From assembly GCF_009914755.1 (NCBI RefSeq), contig NC_060938.1: a DNA stretch of 64,000 nt; one strand, given 5' to 3'. Below are positions 32,721 to 45,980 of this stretch, one piece after another. Below the pieces are notes generated by a model. The model saw nothing but the letters and a program-made list of their open reading frames with translations. It was not told the DNA's origin and did no database searches. A program made the translations under genes and the position numbers. Position 1 is the stretch's first letter. Each line of letters begins with the position of its first letter. This DNA is from the human T2T-CHM13v2.0 reference genome, Homo sapiens.

Positions 32721-34124
32721 TTGTGGCTAATTTCCCAGTCCTCTGCCAGCCCTCAAAGAGAGTTGTATGGGACACTTTTTCCAGCAACAGCCAAACTCAA
32801 CAGGAGCAAGCAGAATTTCCTTCTCCAATTGAGAAGCAATGGGGTGGTGGTTGGAGTCTTGTTGATGTCCTTTGTCCTCGGAGTGAGGCAAACAGTGAGG
32901 CTTCAGATGTTATTGGCACTAACAGCAGGGCCTGGAGGTGGCCACACTCTTGTGGAAGGACCATGCAGAGCTGTCCCTGTGGGCAGTGTAGGTGCATAGC
33001 CAAGACTGAGGGATGTTTTAATAACTACTTCTCAATAAGAAGTCCTATTTTATTCTGCACAGGGGTGTGGACCCAATCCAGGTCTCCCAGGAGGAATCTA
33101 CTCTCACCCATAATAGGGGATTGGTTCAGCTCAGCTGCGCTCACAAAGGGCTATACAGCATGCAGCAGTACAGGCAGCTCCCCGCAGCTCCATGTGAAAA
33201 TGACTCACAGCAGTTATGAACATCAAACCTCCTTTGATGTGTTCCCAGACATGAAGAACAGCCACGGGAGGAGGAGACGGACTCTGGTTGCTAGCTCTGT
33301 GGGGTGGCGCACAGAGGGCCTGGACACATCTGGTACCATCCTGAAGCTCCAGGAGAAATTCAGGCTGGGTAATTACCTAGGACTTCCTAGGATAACAGAG
33401 CTTCTTTCATCTATCTCTCTCCCTCCCTCTCACTGTCTTTCTGTCTCCAGCTACAAGGGAATTAGATTCTCCAAGGAATTACAACCTGTTTCTGTACCTT
33501 CACCTTTCCCGAGGAGATAACAATTCACATCCCTGAATAAAAGTTGTTTTATTGAGCACAAAATGAATGCACCCCCCTCGCTCAGCATCTGTGCCAATTG
33601 CCTTAAAGCTATAGACCTGGCCTCCATCAGCCAAGTGAAAGGATTTTCCTCTGTCATGGCCATTTCCAGACTCTCAGCCTTTTGAGTAGCCACATGGTAC
33701 CTTGTCCTCCTAATAGGCTCTCAATGATGATTGAATACAAAGGCTCTAATTCTCTGTTGCATTGGCAGCTCCCAAGACTGGGTCGATCACAATCGTCCAC
33801 AGCAGAAGACAGCGGTGCTGACGGTCAAATGAGCATCAGGGCACACAGCAGAAGGGGAGGGTCAGCCACTGTCCCTTCATGCCCATTTCAACAGAAAGCT
33901 TATTTATATGCAAGAGGTGTTCCCCTTCCAGACAGGGTTCAAGAGCACATTGGTCCCTGGAAACTTGAGCAAAGTCTTCACGGTTATAGAAGGGAGTGGC
34001 AAAGGACATGTAGGAGAGAATCAGTTCCACCCCATGCCTGCACATTTCATTTTCTGAAATGAAAAGCTCTCATACACTCACAGAGATCTGCACATACCCA
34101 CACATGGAAATAGCATAAACAGCT

Positions 34125-34355
34125 ACTCTTTACTGAGCAGTGACCACGTGTCAGGCACAATGCCTCGGGCTTCACATGCATCATCTCTAATCCTCATCGA
34201 CGTTCTGGGTGTGGGAGTGAAGGCATCCCTGTTTTATGGATGAGGAACCTAAGGTCAGAAAGGCTAAGAAACTTTCTTAAGATTGAACAACTATGGTAGA
34301 AGAGCTACAATTCTAGATGGTTGGATTCCAAAGCATCATCTCTTAACCACTGTAC
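34125..34355 (-). mobile_element. MIR SINE
   Basis: tttactgagc...tttatggatgaggaacctaaggtcagaaaggctaag...tcttaaccact. Confidence 0.7.
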
Positions 34356-37300
34356 TATGGGGCAATATGCTTATAAGCAAGTGCTTACTCTGTTGGAGGC
34401 ACTGGGGTTATGAGATAGTGCAGGAAAGACATAGTTATTCACTTCGCAAAGCTTCATTTTTACCGCACACTCATGCACACAGTGCTACACACACACATGC
34501 AGAGTTACTATAACTGTGGTGTCTTCCAAGAGCCCTGTCACTAAGGTATCCTCAGTGTCGTACTCTCAGTCCTCCTGCACTTGAACCACAGTTTGAATTG
34601 TGCATAGGGTAAAGACTGAGGTCTTCTACAGAAAGGCCTAAGCTGCTTGAACTTTACAGACAATTATGTGAGCAATTCAACCTTTTATACATTATGCTGT
34701 AGTTACCCAGCTCCTGAACTAGTCATCAGGTATTTTATTTGTTTTTTAACGTGATCAGGAAGTTTCTCTGACTCATTTCTCTATCTTTGCAGAGGAACAA
34801 GGTAGGAGAGCAACAGGGGCAGGAACAGAGAGGATTTCAAGCTTGATGAAGGTTCAGTAAGTCAAGTCATAGGTCAACTAGAAGAAATAAAGCAGGGGAA
34901 GATTTGGGGTGGGGCTGAAGCTCCATTGTTTCCATGACACCATAAGATAAGTGGTGATCTAGGTGATCTAGGTGTGCAAAGGTGAAACAAAACGAAAGAC
35001 GCAAACATTGTACTAGTTTCAGGTTTTGCCAAGAGCAGATTGGCTGCCAAGGCTACTTCAGCCTTGACTCATATAGATCCATGATCTGGGAGGCAAGACA
35101 GCGTCCTGCTGTGCTGGACATCTCAGTGACATTGACCCAACTGGGGGAACTCCCTGAGGTTAAGAAAACCTCCCTCCAAGGCTGAGTTAATGAACTACCT
35201 AGATGTAAGACAGGAGACTGAAAACATTTAAGTCCCAGGAAAAATGCAGACTTACCTTCTTATGACCTAGATCTCTTTGCAAATCTAATGAAAAAGGTTT
35301 GTTATGCACAAATGTTTCCCTCCAATTTTATTTCAGGAGATTTGTGCTCTTTCCTGGACTGCCCCTGAACCTGGAGGTAATAATTCTAGATCAAAGTCTC
35401 CCTAGAACCTTGAAAAGGGTGGACTGAGAAGACTGGATATACAGCTCTAGGCAACCAGTCCTCCACTGCCACCACCATGCTTTCTAATCTCCAGGGGAGC
35501 CTGGTCATCTTGCTGGACAATTGCTGTTTCTCCTGACAAAATCCAAGTTAGGAAACTGACAGGGTCTTTGTTTCTATTTCTCTCTATGCCTATCTCTCAA
35601 GGTGCCCTGTCATTAATGAATCTTAATCCTCACTTTTATTTCTCAACTCTGGCTCCCAATTTCTGTTTTCCCACCCCTCATCTGGGGGAGCCACCCGGAA
35701 CCCCCTCATTAATCCACAGACAGCCATCTCAGGACTTCATGCTAAGAATTCATTGTTTCCCACTTTCCTGCATTTGAACACTGGAGGGCAATGCTGGACC
35801 AGCCAAAGCACTCTAGGTGCTCCGCTCCATCTTTGTCTCAACCTTGCCTGTCATTTCAGGAAGCAGCCTCTGGTTGGAAGCCAAAACCAAGGACCAGTGG
35901 AGCGCCCATAGGCTAGCAGAACAGCTAGGTCTATTACAGCATCTCCCCCACACGGGATCATAGGAATAAAAGGTAGCTCACGGAAAAGCACATCTGGTTT
36001 CATGGGTGACACAATCCCCTGGGAAAGAAACTGAGCGGGGTGCTTGCCTAACTGTGTCATTAACCAGAAACAATCTGTGTCTCTGACTAGGGGATGCAGA
36101 TTCCTACCTGTCTTCACTCACTCAGATGTAAGCCCCTGGAGGGTAATGTCTTAGTAAGGTCTGCATTCCTGTAGCAAGCACAGTGTTTGGCAACAAATAC
36201 TTGCTGGATGAATAAATGGATGAATGCGTGTATGGATACATATGTATAAAATGGAACTGGCCATTTTCAGATTTGTTGTTGTTTTCTAGCTCTTATGACA
36301 CCCAAAGTTTAAATCATTAATCAGTTGCTGAGCATTCTTAGTCTTAAAGACAACTAAGGATGGTCAGGTGGTTAATTAAATCAGTGGTTGTCATTGTACA
36401 AATGTTATTTCAAACACCACTTCAAGAGTTTCAGGTCTCTTATTTTTAGGAAGTCCTTCATTGTGTCATCCATGTGTCCTCAGACCTCACCAGCCTGTGG
36501 ATTACAAAATACAGACACTATTTCATTAATATTCAATTTACAAGAACCTGCGGGCTCATCATGTGGAATATTGAGTATCCGTGATGTCCCCAAGTGATTT
36601 GTGGGCATTTCATGTGCCACAGTGGGTCCCCACGGGGCTTGACAGTTCCATGGAGCCAGAGCTCTTCTTCAGGCCATCTTTCATCATCTTGTGAGACTTT
36701 TCTCCAGGCTGCTCTCCCCTCTACCTTCACCACAATGGATCCCATGTCAGGTGGACATGGTCTACTCTCTTAATCATTCAAAGCACTGCTAAATGTTTGA
36801 GGAAGAAAGAAGAGCACATTTTGAGACCCAAAACCCAACTTGAGACTCTTTCTACCTCCAGGCAGGCTTACGCATAGCAAAGACCAGCTCAAGGCGCCCG
36901 GTAGAAGTCTGCAGGCATCTCCATATCTCCAAGTGCAGAGAGCAGAGGAGATTTTTTCTTCTCAGTCCAAGACTAGTTCTTTTCCTGCCCTGGGATGATT
37001 GACAGTGAGAAAAAACATTTCCTCCAGGGAAGCGCTCTACCTGCCCCTCCACCTTCTCAGACGGGGCCCGACCTTCATGACCCCGACAAAGCAAACCTGG
37101 TGCTCAACTGTCTTATTAGATCTTCTAACACTATGTGTGTGACATCAACAGCCCTAACTAAATTCACACTTGGGAAAAATATGCCCCTCATTCTAACTAA
37201 ACAGACACCATTTAATTTTCCTAACAGAACACTTACTATTTTGATGCACGACACCTGTTTTCAGTTTTATGATAACTTCATAATCTCCAATACAATGAGT

Positions 37301-39607
37301 GAGTGTTTATTTGAAATGAGAATAACCTCATTCTCAACTAGTTTTCTCAACAGAAGAAGAGTGCTCAAAGTTCATCTAGGGTCTTTACCTACAGAAATTC
37401 AATGCTGTCAGCAATCTTCAAGGAGCAGCTCTGCCAAAGGAAAAAGAAAGAAAGAAAAAAGGAAATCCTGCTTTTATAAGTTATCCCTATTATTAAAATT
37501 TCTAACAAATCTCTCCCTACAGTTCAAACCTAGGTCCCCAGAGTATATGGGCCTCATCCTTCTCATAAAAATGCTGTTAAAAAAAAAAGGTGTCCTTTGA
37601 CACCTTTCCTGAGTGCAAACAGAGATTGAAAAAAATCATTCTAAAATAACATTTTTCTGTCACTGCCCAATGGGAGGTGAGTTGATCATAGGTGAAGCAT
37701 GTCCTATTAGTATGTCTTGCTCAGGATGCCTTTGGTGTGAGTAAGGGATGGGTTTCTAGGGCAAAATCTCTGTTCTATACCCGCAAAAAACAATGTACAG
37801 AAATTTCCCTAAGAGAGGAGATTGGCAGTCAATACATAAGACTCCATAGGCAGGAAGTGTCCAGGGTCAGCTCCCTGCATTCAAATACAGACCTGCATCA
37901 GGGCTGTGATTTCCAGGTCCAAGGCTCGGTGAGTGGATAATACCTAAGGCCTGATGCCAGGCCTGATGTCCAGGTTTAACACTGATGGCAGGCCACAGAC
38001 CCTCCTGTCTTGGGATTCCAAAAAGCCCAGAATCTTTCCCAGTTCCTACTGACACTAACTTTTGCCCGGGCAAGAAGTGTCTGAGATTGCTTCCCTTGAG
38101 ACCATAGTCCTTTCTTATAATTCCAAAACTAAGCAGCCCTGTTTATGCTGCTGTGGCAGAGCATGGAATCTTGGTTAGTCCTTCCAAACTGCACCCATTG
38201 GGTTATCCCTGGGGAAATGATCACATTACGCTACTTTGTTGAACACTGAGGACTCCAATAAGGACTGTGAATCCCAACTATTTCTGGTGTGGGAGCCAGG
38301 GCTTTCAGGTCATTCACCAGAAATTATCCAACCAGAAAACTTTCTTTCAAGTTCTGTTCAAAGTCCAGCAGTTTGCCTACAGGATTCAGATGAGACTTCT
38401 AAGAATCATCTGTGTCTTGGATAGAGCACCCTGGCAGCCTCTTGAAAATCAATTCCCTAAGAAACCTATCTTTTAGAAATGGACCTTCACAAAGCCAGTG
38501 AGAGAATGGGAGGAGTATGTGGTTTCCAATGGGAGACATATATAGACTTTTATGTCATGAATTTCTGAAGTCAGACCGTGACAAATGTTGGTCAGAGTAC
38601 AATGCACAGTTGCCCAAAGGAGGGGAAATTAGCTTGGTTCAGGAGGACTAGGAAATCCTCCCCATGGAAGTTTTAGTTAAAGTGACTTAAAGGATGAATG
38701 ATTTTGACAAATGAGGGATTGGAGAAGGACATGGCGGGCAGAGGGAGTACAGCTTGAGCAATGTCCAGGAGGGATATAGAACTGTGCTTGGGGAACAGTG
38801 ATCACTTGGTGAGAGTTGAGTCTGCCTGAGTTGGGGCAGTGGAGTGGTGGGAGTGGTGGGCTGTGGCTTGACTGAGAAAGCTTTTGTGAATCACATTAAG
38901 GGACTAGATTCTGTTATATGGGAAATGGGCAGAAATCACAGGCATATAAGAGGAAATGTGCTTCAAAGAGTGCTTGGAAAGATTACTATGGGTGGGAAGA
39001 CTGGTTCCAAGACCGGAAACAATGAGATCAGATGTAAAGTTAATATGAAACTGAGGTAGACATTGAGAAGGATCAGAAGGACTTGGAAAGAGAAAACAGA
39101 TTTAAGAAACACCTCAAAAATAGATAAATGATATGTGGGAATGAAAGAAAAGGGAGAGATTGTCTCTTCCCGACATCCTGGCTATGTACTGGAAGATTCC
39201 CTAGTTCCCAAGCCCCAAGGTCTTACCATTAGAAATCAGTCCTTACTCATTTGTCCATTAAGGCTTAAGGTGTCAATCCTTCCAGGAATGCTTTTATGTT
39301 TCTATGGTCCAAAGGCTTAATCTCCAGTGGCAGAATGCCAGGTACCAATAGAGGAGATTTGGGGGCAGTGGTCTTCTCGGGACCCTCAAAAATCATTACA
39401 TAGTTGCCCACTCCTCTTATTTATAAAGCTGTTCGTGTGAATAAGCACCCAACTACTTTGTCTGTGCCCATTTGATCACTGATTGAATAAGAAATAAAAG
39501 CCAAACATCTATATTCTTTTTCTTCTCTGAATAATCTTTTCCCCTGTCTTCAGATTTGGAACAAGGAAACCCAGATCCAGGGAAAATATTCTAAATCCTT
39601 GACCTCC

Positions 39608-40108
39608 CTATCCAGTTGGCACCCCAGCCCAGTAAAATGGCTTCAAGTACAACATTCCCCCAACAGCAAAGACAGCCTTCCTGGGAGTCTTGGGTAGGCC
39701 TGTCCAGGGCCACCGTGCAGCACACATACATCTTCCCAACCAGCTCCACTGTCACAAACACCATCCACACTGCCATGGGCAAGCCTCTGGCCACCAATGC
39801 CACCCCACCTGCTCTGGTGTGGGCACACCTACAGCCATGCCACCAACACTCCTCGTGCACATGTCTATGGTGTATCTGTGCAGTCACAGTTGTCACCAGC
39901 TCAATTCTGTGTAACCCTAAGTCCAGGCATCTTGGGGTGAATGTCTCCTTATTCCTTTGTCCATTGTCCTGCTCTCCCTTTAAAATTGTTCATGAGTGTA
40001 TTTTGCAGAAAGATATGTGATCTTGAAAGACAGAGAAGGAAAGAGATGAAGTAGGAGAGTGGCAGGGGTGGGGGTACAGATTTTGAGAAAGGCAAGAAAA
40101 AAGAAAGG
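39608..40108 (+). pseudogene. Candidate 5'-truncated retrocopy (processed mRNA fragment), parent unknown
   Basis: 13-bp direct repeat atccttgacctcc at 39595-39607 and 40109-40121; A-rich run before the second copy; Ser/Thr/Pro/Gln-rich frame 39616-40020. Confidence 0.4.
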
Positions 40109-42239
40109 ATCCTTGACCTCCATCAGTCCCAACTCCCAAAATAAGACTGGCCCTAAAGATAGCTTATTATTTATCCCAAATTAAAATTTTATGGCTCTGC
40201 AATCATTGTGTACACAGTGAAAAGAAAACCATCACACAAAAGATGCAGTTATCCTCACAGTGGGAACAATAGCAGCCAAGCTGATTCTGCTCCAAGAATA
40301 GAATAACAGTGCTAAGTCAGGAACTCCAAAACTTTGTCAACAAATAGAATAATTTCTTGGTGGGAAAATGGCTATGAAAGAAGGTGGGCAGGAAAGCAAC
40401 CTTCTGACTCTTGAACTTGGCATGGGTTGCCAGGGAAAATTCCAGCCTTGGTCCCTCCATAGTGAGCTCACAACCAGCTCTGCTGACTGGGGAAAAGTCC
40501 TGCCTGAATATGCACAGACTCCAGAAGGCCCTCACCTTACCCTTGCCCAGAATCATATACAGAATCTAACAGGCTGTACCTGCTTCTCTTGCCTAAAGTT
40601 ATGCATCATTACCAGATTTCCAGCTCCATGATGGCAGAAATTTCAGCTGATTTTTTTTTCCATTGTATCCTCAGCATTCAGCAGAAGGTTTGTATATACT
40701 TGGCACTCAATAAACACTTGCTGAATGAACGGTTGATTGATTAATCAATTAATTGATTAATTTAAAATGAGCAAAATACTTTCTCCCTGTCTGGCTTCTG
40801 AAGAGTGAGTCTGAGTACTAGAAACTGTCAGATAGGCAATAGAAGCCACAGTCCACTTGGAAAAATGACTGTTTCTACCTTTGCTCATCCTTCTGGGCAT
40901 CTTAGATTCCTGAAATTCAGGAACAAGGACCCAAGAGATCATGACCCACCAAGTGTCTTTCAACAAAAGACTATTTTCCTGGCTGTTTCCTTTCAGAGAA
41001 TAAGCCTCCTGGGGCTGATAAGCGAATGGCACCATATGCTGAAAACACAGGCCCTGAGTGGCAGAGGGCACCAGAGCCTCCTCTGAGGAGCCTGTTGGAT
41101 TGCAGCCTTTCAACAAATCTGAGTGTGTCTTTTGATAGCATCAGCATCAACCACCCCCAAGGACCTCTTTCTTTTATTGCTTCAGCAATGAAGCAGCCAC
41201 ATGGCTGTTGTAGATAAGGTGGCCCAAGTGCATTGTGCATGCAATGTAGGCTGCTGGTGCACAGCACTGAGAATCGCAGACACGCCGTGTACCAGCTTCT
41301 CTACACTGCGTTGCCCTTCCTCTGTAAGTGGCCCCCAGGTAAACGGGTGTGATTCCCCACCACTTCTCATTTCTCATTTTCTATCATTTTTTTCTTTGCC
41401 AGATGGCTCCTGCAAGACTGAAATCACACAGCCTTCCAACATGGCCACAATGATTGGGACAGATGTCAAGTTCCAACGCTAATATAACATTCCTGATGGG
41501 AATTATGATTCTTTGTGCTGGCATCTGCAAAGAGCTAACCAAAGGTTTACCTATATCTGCTATCCTTTCAAGGCACCCTGGAATCAGAGCACTGCTAGTT
41601 GTCTGTGGACAGAAAATTGTTCTCCAGAACCCGAATCCTTAAGCATGTGCAGCCAAGAGACTGAGCCATTTACTGCTGTGCACTGTGGGCACCATGATGC
41701 ATGCTGGATATCACACTGAACAAACACTGTAAGCCTCAAGCAGCCTCAACACAGAAAATTCAAAAGATCCACCAACAACACACAGGGTGTTTAGTGTCAT
41801 CTTAAACTTGCATCTTGAATGCATCATCGATTCATTCATTCCAAACTAAAAGTCCCTTAAGGCTTTCAAATTGATGTACTGAGTATTGTGAAGGATACCA
41901 ACATATATAACAAACACTTCTCAAATAATAAAATGTATTCAGCAGGTACAATCTCCTCACTTTTATGTTGCTAAACCATGAGAAATTAAAATTAAATCCT
42001 GTATAATTACTTGAATCTTCCAGCTGACAAATAAAAGTAGTCTTTGATACACAGAAGGACAAATGAATTGCACACACATACAAAATTAAGGCCAGCAATT
42101 AACATCTTAATGACATACCCTTAACTTACCAACATTTCTAAAAGCCTGAAAAAATATTAAATATCTATGTATACATGATATGTACAGTAAATTTATAGAT
42201 AGATGATAGATGAATGGATACATAGACAGGCAAGCTGTA

Positions 42240-42505
42240 AGAAGCATCATAAAAGGACTGAGCTCAAGTTCAGACTTTAAAGCCAGACTTCTTGAGTTTT
42301 GAATTCCAGACCTTCCATTTACTGACTCAATAGCTATGTGACCTTGGGCAATTTACTTTTTGCCTTGCTTTCCTCATCTATAAAATAATGATTACAATAA
42401 CACCTACCTCAGGGGATTGTTGCAGGAATTAAGTGACCTATAGCACATGTTACTGTATTCAGAGCAAAGCTTGGAACATGAAAAGCACTCAGTGAGTATT
42501 AACTA
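42240..42505 (+). mobile_element. MIR SINE, near full length
   Basis: tagctatgtgaccttgggcaatttact...tttcctcatctataaaataatg...acctacctcagggg...gcactcagtgagtatt. Confidence 0.85.
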
Positions 42506-44149
42506 CTTTTGCTTTTGAGTGTGATAATATCCTGAGGATGATTACTAAATTTCCCCTGTGTTGGGCTGGGTTGAGCCTTTAGGAAGTTGTTGATAAGAAA
42601 TGTCAGTCTCTTGAACAATTAAACATTATTTTCTACATTAGTATCCTATCTAGTAAGAAGTAAATATCAATGGAAATTCAGAGAAATACAATTCAAAAGG
42701 CCTTCAGGACCTTTTTCCTGGATGGCAATAAATTATTGAGGGCTTCCTATGTAGAAAAAAAAAAAACAGAGGAAAGTAATTTCTGCTTGACCATCATAAA
42801 ATAAGCAAATATAGGCTTTGCGAGATATTAAAATACAACAGTAACCCCACTCATTAAATGAATAGAATAGTGGAATAATGTATAAATTTAAAGCCAAAAG
42901 TAAAATTAAAGTTGTTTATGCACATATTTTTGAAGTAAAATATTTGTTCTATCAACATAAAAGGCATAGTAGATGACCTGAAAAAGTTTCCACCTCCAAG
43001 AAGATAACAAATCAAGTCAAAGTCACAGTATGCCTGACGTTGTGTCATCCTCAAAAACTGGGAAGTCAGGATCAGTCCAAGACTCCAGAAGTGAGGAGGC
43101 TCTAAAAGACACCTCCACTTCAGCCTCTGCTTATTCAAGGCCCCAGCCATGGAAACTCGATGGTGTGAACTGCTGAGCTGAGAACTGGGGGTAAGTGAGG
43201 ACTGTCTTCTCTGTTTTCTTTTCTGAAGACGCAGGGTCTCCTGCTAATTCGGATTCTGTGTTTTATTCATTAGTGGGAACACAAATCCCCTGCTATCTTG
43301 CTAGCTTTCTCATTTGCAGCCAACATATGGGTTTATCAGCACGGTTAGCCCCCCAAGAACAGCCCTTCAGGGACATGGGATAACACAAAATGGGAAATTC
43401 TTCTTGGAATAAAGAGTTGGGGAAGGATCCTTTGTAAAATTTGGTTTTGGGGTCAGATTTCAAAGTCTTAACCCTCATGGGACAGGCAGAGACTCGGGGA
43501 TATTTGGTGAGTGACTGAGTCCCTATTCCTCCTGAGCTTGCCCTTCCCCAGGGCACCTCAGAGCCAGAACTGCTGAATGTTAACATGGGGCACTCAGGTT
43601 TCCTACAGGACACTTACAACTCTGGTAACCCTGCTGTATACTCTGCCAGTAAGGAACTACTTAGTAATTCCTCCGAGAGCCAACATTCAAAGACTAATGC
43701 CACGTCACATGCAATAGGGAAATGCAGCTCTATCTGTCATTCACATCTCTGATTCTGTCATTCATTACTCCATGCTAAAAGTCCCAGTGGGAGAAATTGT
43801 CTTTCTTCTTTTTCAAAACCAGCTTCTACTGAAGGTAAAGAAAAGTTTAGGGGTAGAAGAACAAAGTCATTACAGAACCATGCATTGATTGGTGAGCACT
43901 GCCCAGGGGCAGGTTTTGTGGTAATGATCCATAAGAAGCAAAGCAAAAATTATGGTGGAGTCGATGGAATATTTGAGAGTCTCTGCCCCAACCATCTCAT
44001 AATCGAACTGGGAGCCCTCCAATCTCCCCATGCAAGCCTTGGAGGACAGTCATAGAAGAAAAAGTGAGCAAGAAGGTTTAACTAGCTAACAAGTGTTCAT
44101 CAAGTATCCATAAATCTCAGGGTACAGAAGTGGCATTTTTGTATTCAAT

Positions 44150-44430
44150 CATGTATATATTAGTGTTTGCTATGTGCTGTATCCCATGCCAAGATCCAAG
44201 CCTTCTTCCACTGTGTAACTCATACCGTAGCAGGGCTTACAGTCTAATAGAGGACCCAAATCAGATGCTTGTGGAAACAAGAGAAATACTTGGTTGTAAT
44301 AATTATGGGGGTGTTCCAGGAGGAAAGTACAGATTGAAATTAGAATATTTCAATTTCAGGATGAGTTAGGTGATGGGAGCCAAGAAGACATGCTAAAGGA
44401 ATTAAATCCTGAGCTGAGACTAGATATGAA
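44150..44430 (-). mobile_element. L2 fragment
   Basis: atatattagtgtttgctatgtgc...gcttacagtctaatagagga...cctgagctgagac. Confidence 0.55.
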
Positions 44431-45769
44431 AAAGTTTGTTTATTTACATCCCAAGTTCCCAAGTCAGTAACAGAAGCAGAATTACAACTCGAGAAAGGCC
44501 CCACTTGCTTCTATGCTGTTTTGCTCAGCAGCTGCTTCCTTTGGTGGCACACAGCTGGGAAAGTGAGTCACAGATGGACTATTGGCAGCCAAAATTTTTT
44601 TAGAGACAAATGACACTGTGATTTTTCCTGACACCCATTGAAATTCCTCACTAATTTCCAAAAATATCTTATGTTGTTTTAAAACATCCAGTGAGGCCCA
44701 GACATTTCAGTAGAACAAATCAGAGAAACAAAGTTAATTCCAGCCATCTGAGCATTCTGAGCCCAAATCAGCTAGACTGAGAAGAAGAATCGTTTACTTA
44801 CCGAAGGCAGTCCCAGGACACCCAGCAGCTAAGGTCCTGACTCACAGCATTCTAACCAAGAGAAAACACAAACACAGCATCTTCTCTTTTCATTCACTTC
44901 TGTTCCTGTTCTTCAGTTGCTTGTCCAACCAGCTGGAGACACAGCAGAGAAACCATAAAGCAAAGAAAGCAATTAGGAACAGGAGAAACAGCTGATAAGC
45001 ACTCTGCCTAGGTAGAGGTGAATCCTGGGCACCCATCAGGGAAAGACTTTGCCATTACTAAGGCTTTAGGTGAGGAGTTTGAGGGTTACGAATAAGAGAT
45101 AAAGCAAGGAAAGGGCTTTTCTTTGCCAAATTTATCTTTTTTTCACCCATAAAACTCAAAGAGGATAGGGAAAGAATGAATGTATTCTCAAATCAAAGGA
45201 AAAATAGTTCTAAAACTTCCAATGAGTGAGAAAATCAGAAGTTCTGGCACTGACTCCCATTTATATTGAAGTAATACTATGGGTAAATATTTTATATCAA
45301 AGACCCCAGAGTGGCAGAGACCATCAGAGAATGGCATTAAACTGGGCACGCATAGTAGCCGATATGGGGTTAATTTGATTTGACCTTGGCATCTTTTCTC
45401 TTCTTAAAGTCCTCCCATCCTTTCTTTATCCTGTATAGACAAAGAAGACTGGGGTCTAACTTTTATGTGTCTTCCATCCTAAGCTGCCAGAGACAGTCCT
45501 TTGCCAAAGGGCACAGTAGATTGATACTGCCCATATGTCTCTGACACGGCTCCACTCAGCTCATTCATTTATCTACCCAAGTCCTACGGCAGCCTAACAT
45601 GGCTCAACAGACTGCTGTTTCCCTCAGAGGAATGTTCTGTGCCAGCCTTGAAATAACAAGTTCTGTGTCTCTCCTGGTAACTATGGCTCAGGCAGGGGGC
45701 TATGACCAGGTCACTAACCCCACCATGGCAAAGAAGAAAAGACAAGGCAAAGAAGCCAATATCTGTGGA

Positions 45770-45980
45770 GGGCTTACAAATGAGTACCTGGCACAGGAAT
45801 AAGCCCTTCACAAGTGTTCTCTCATTTCAACCTCACAGCATCCCTGCAAGGTAACTATAATTACCCCATTTGCAAATAAGGAAATCAAGACTCAGAGTTG
45901 TAATTTGTCCCGCTACTGGTAAGTCACAAAGCAAGATTCAAAACCATGGGCTAGTAGACCTGCAAAGTCAGTGCTCCATT
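45770..45980 (-). mobile_element. MIR SINE
   Basis: cctcacagcatccctgcaagg...ccccatttgcaaataaggaaatcaagactcagag. Confidence 0.7.

Noticed and set aside
32723-33520. Longest ORF (265 aa)
   Set aside because: GTG start, Ser/Arg/Cys/Trp-rich composition typical of non-coding frames, no recognisable domain; plausible by chance in 64 kb
35777-35793. Weaker CTCF-like motifs (here, ~41057 and ~56780)
   Set aside because: Mismatches at core CCA positions
36995-37600. 201-aa ORF
   Set aside because: TTG start, runs through low-complexity A tracts, no domain similarity
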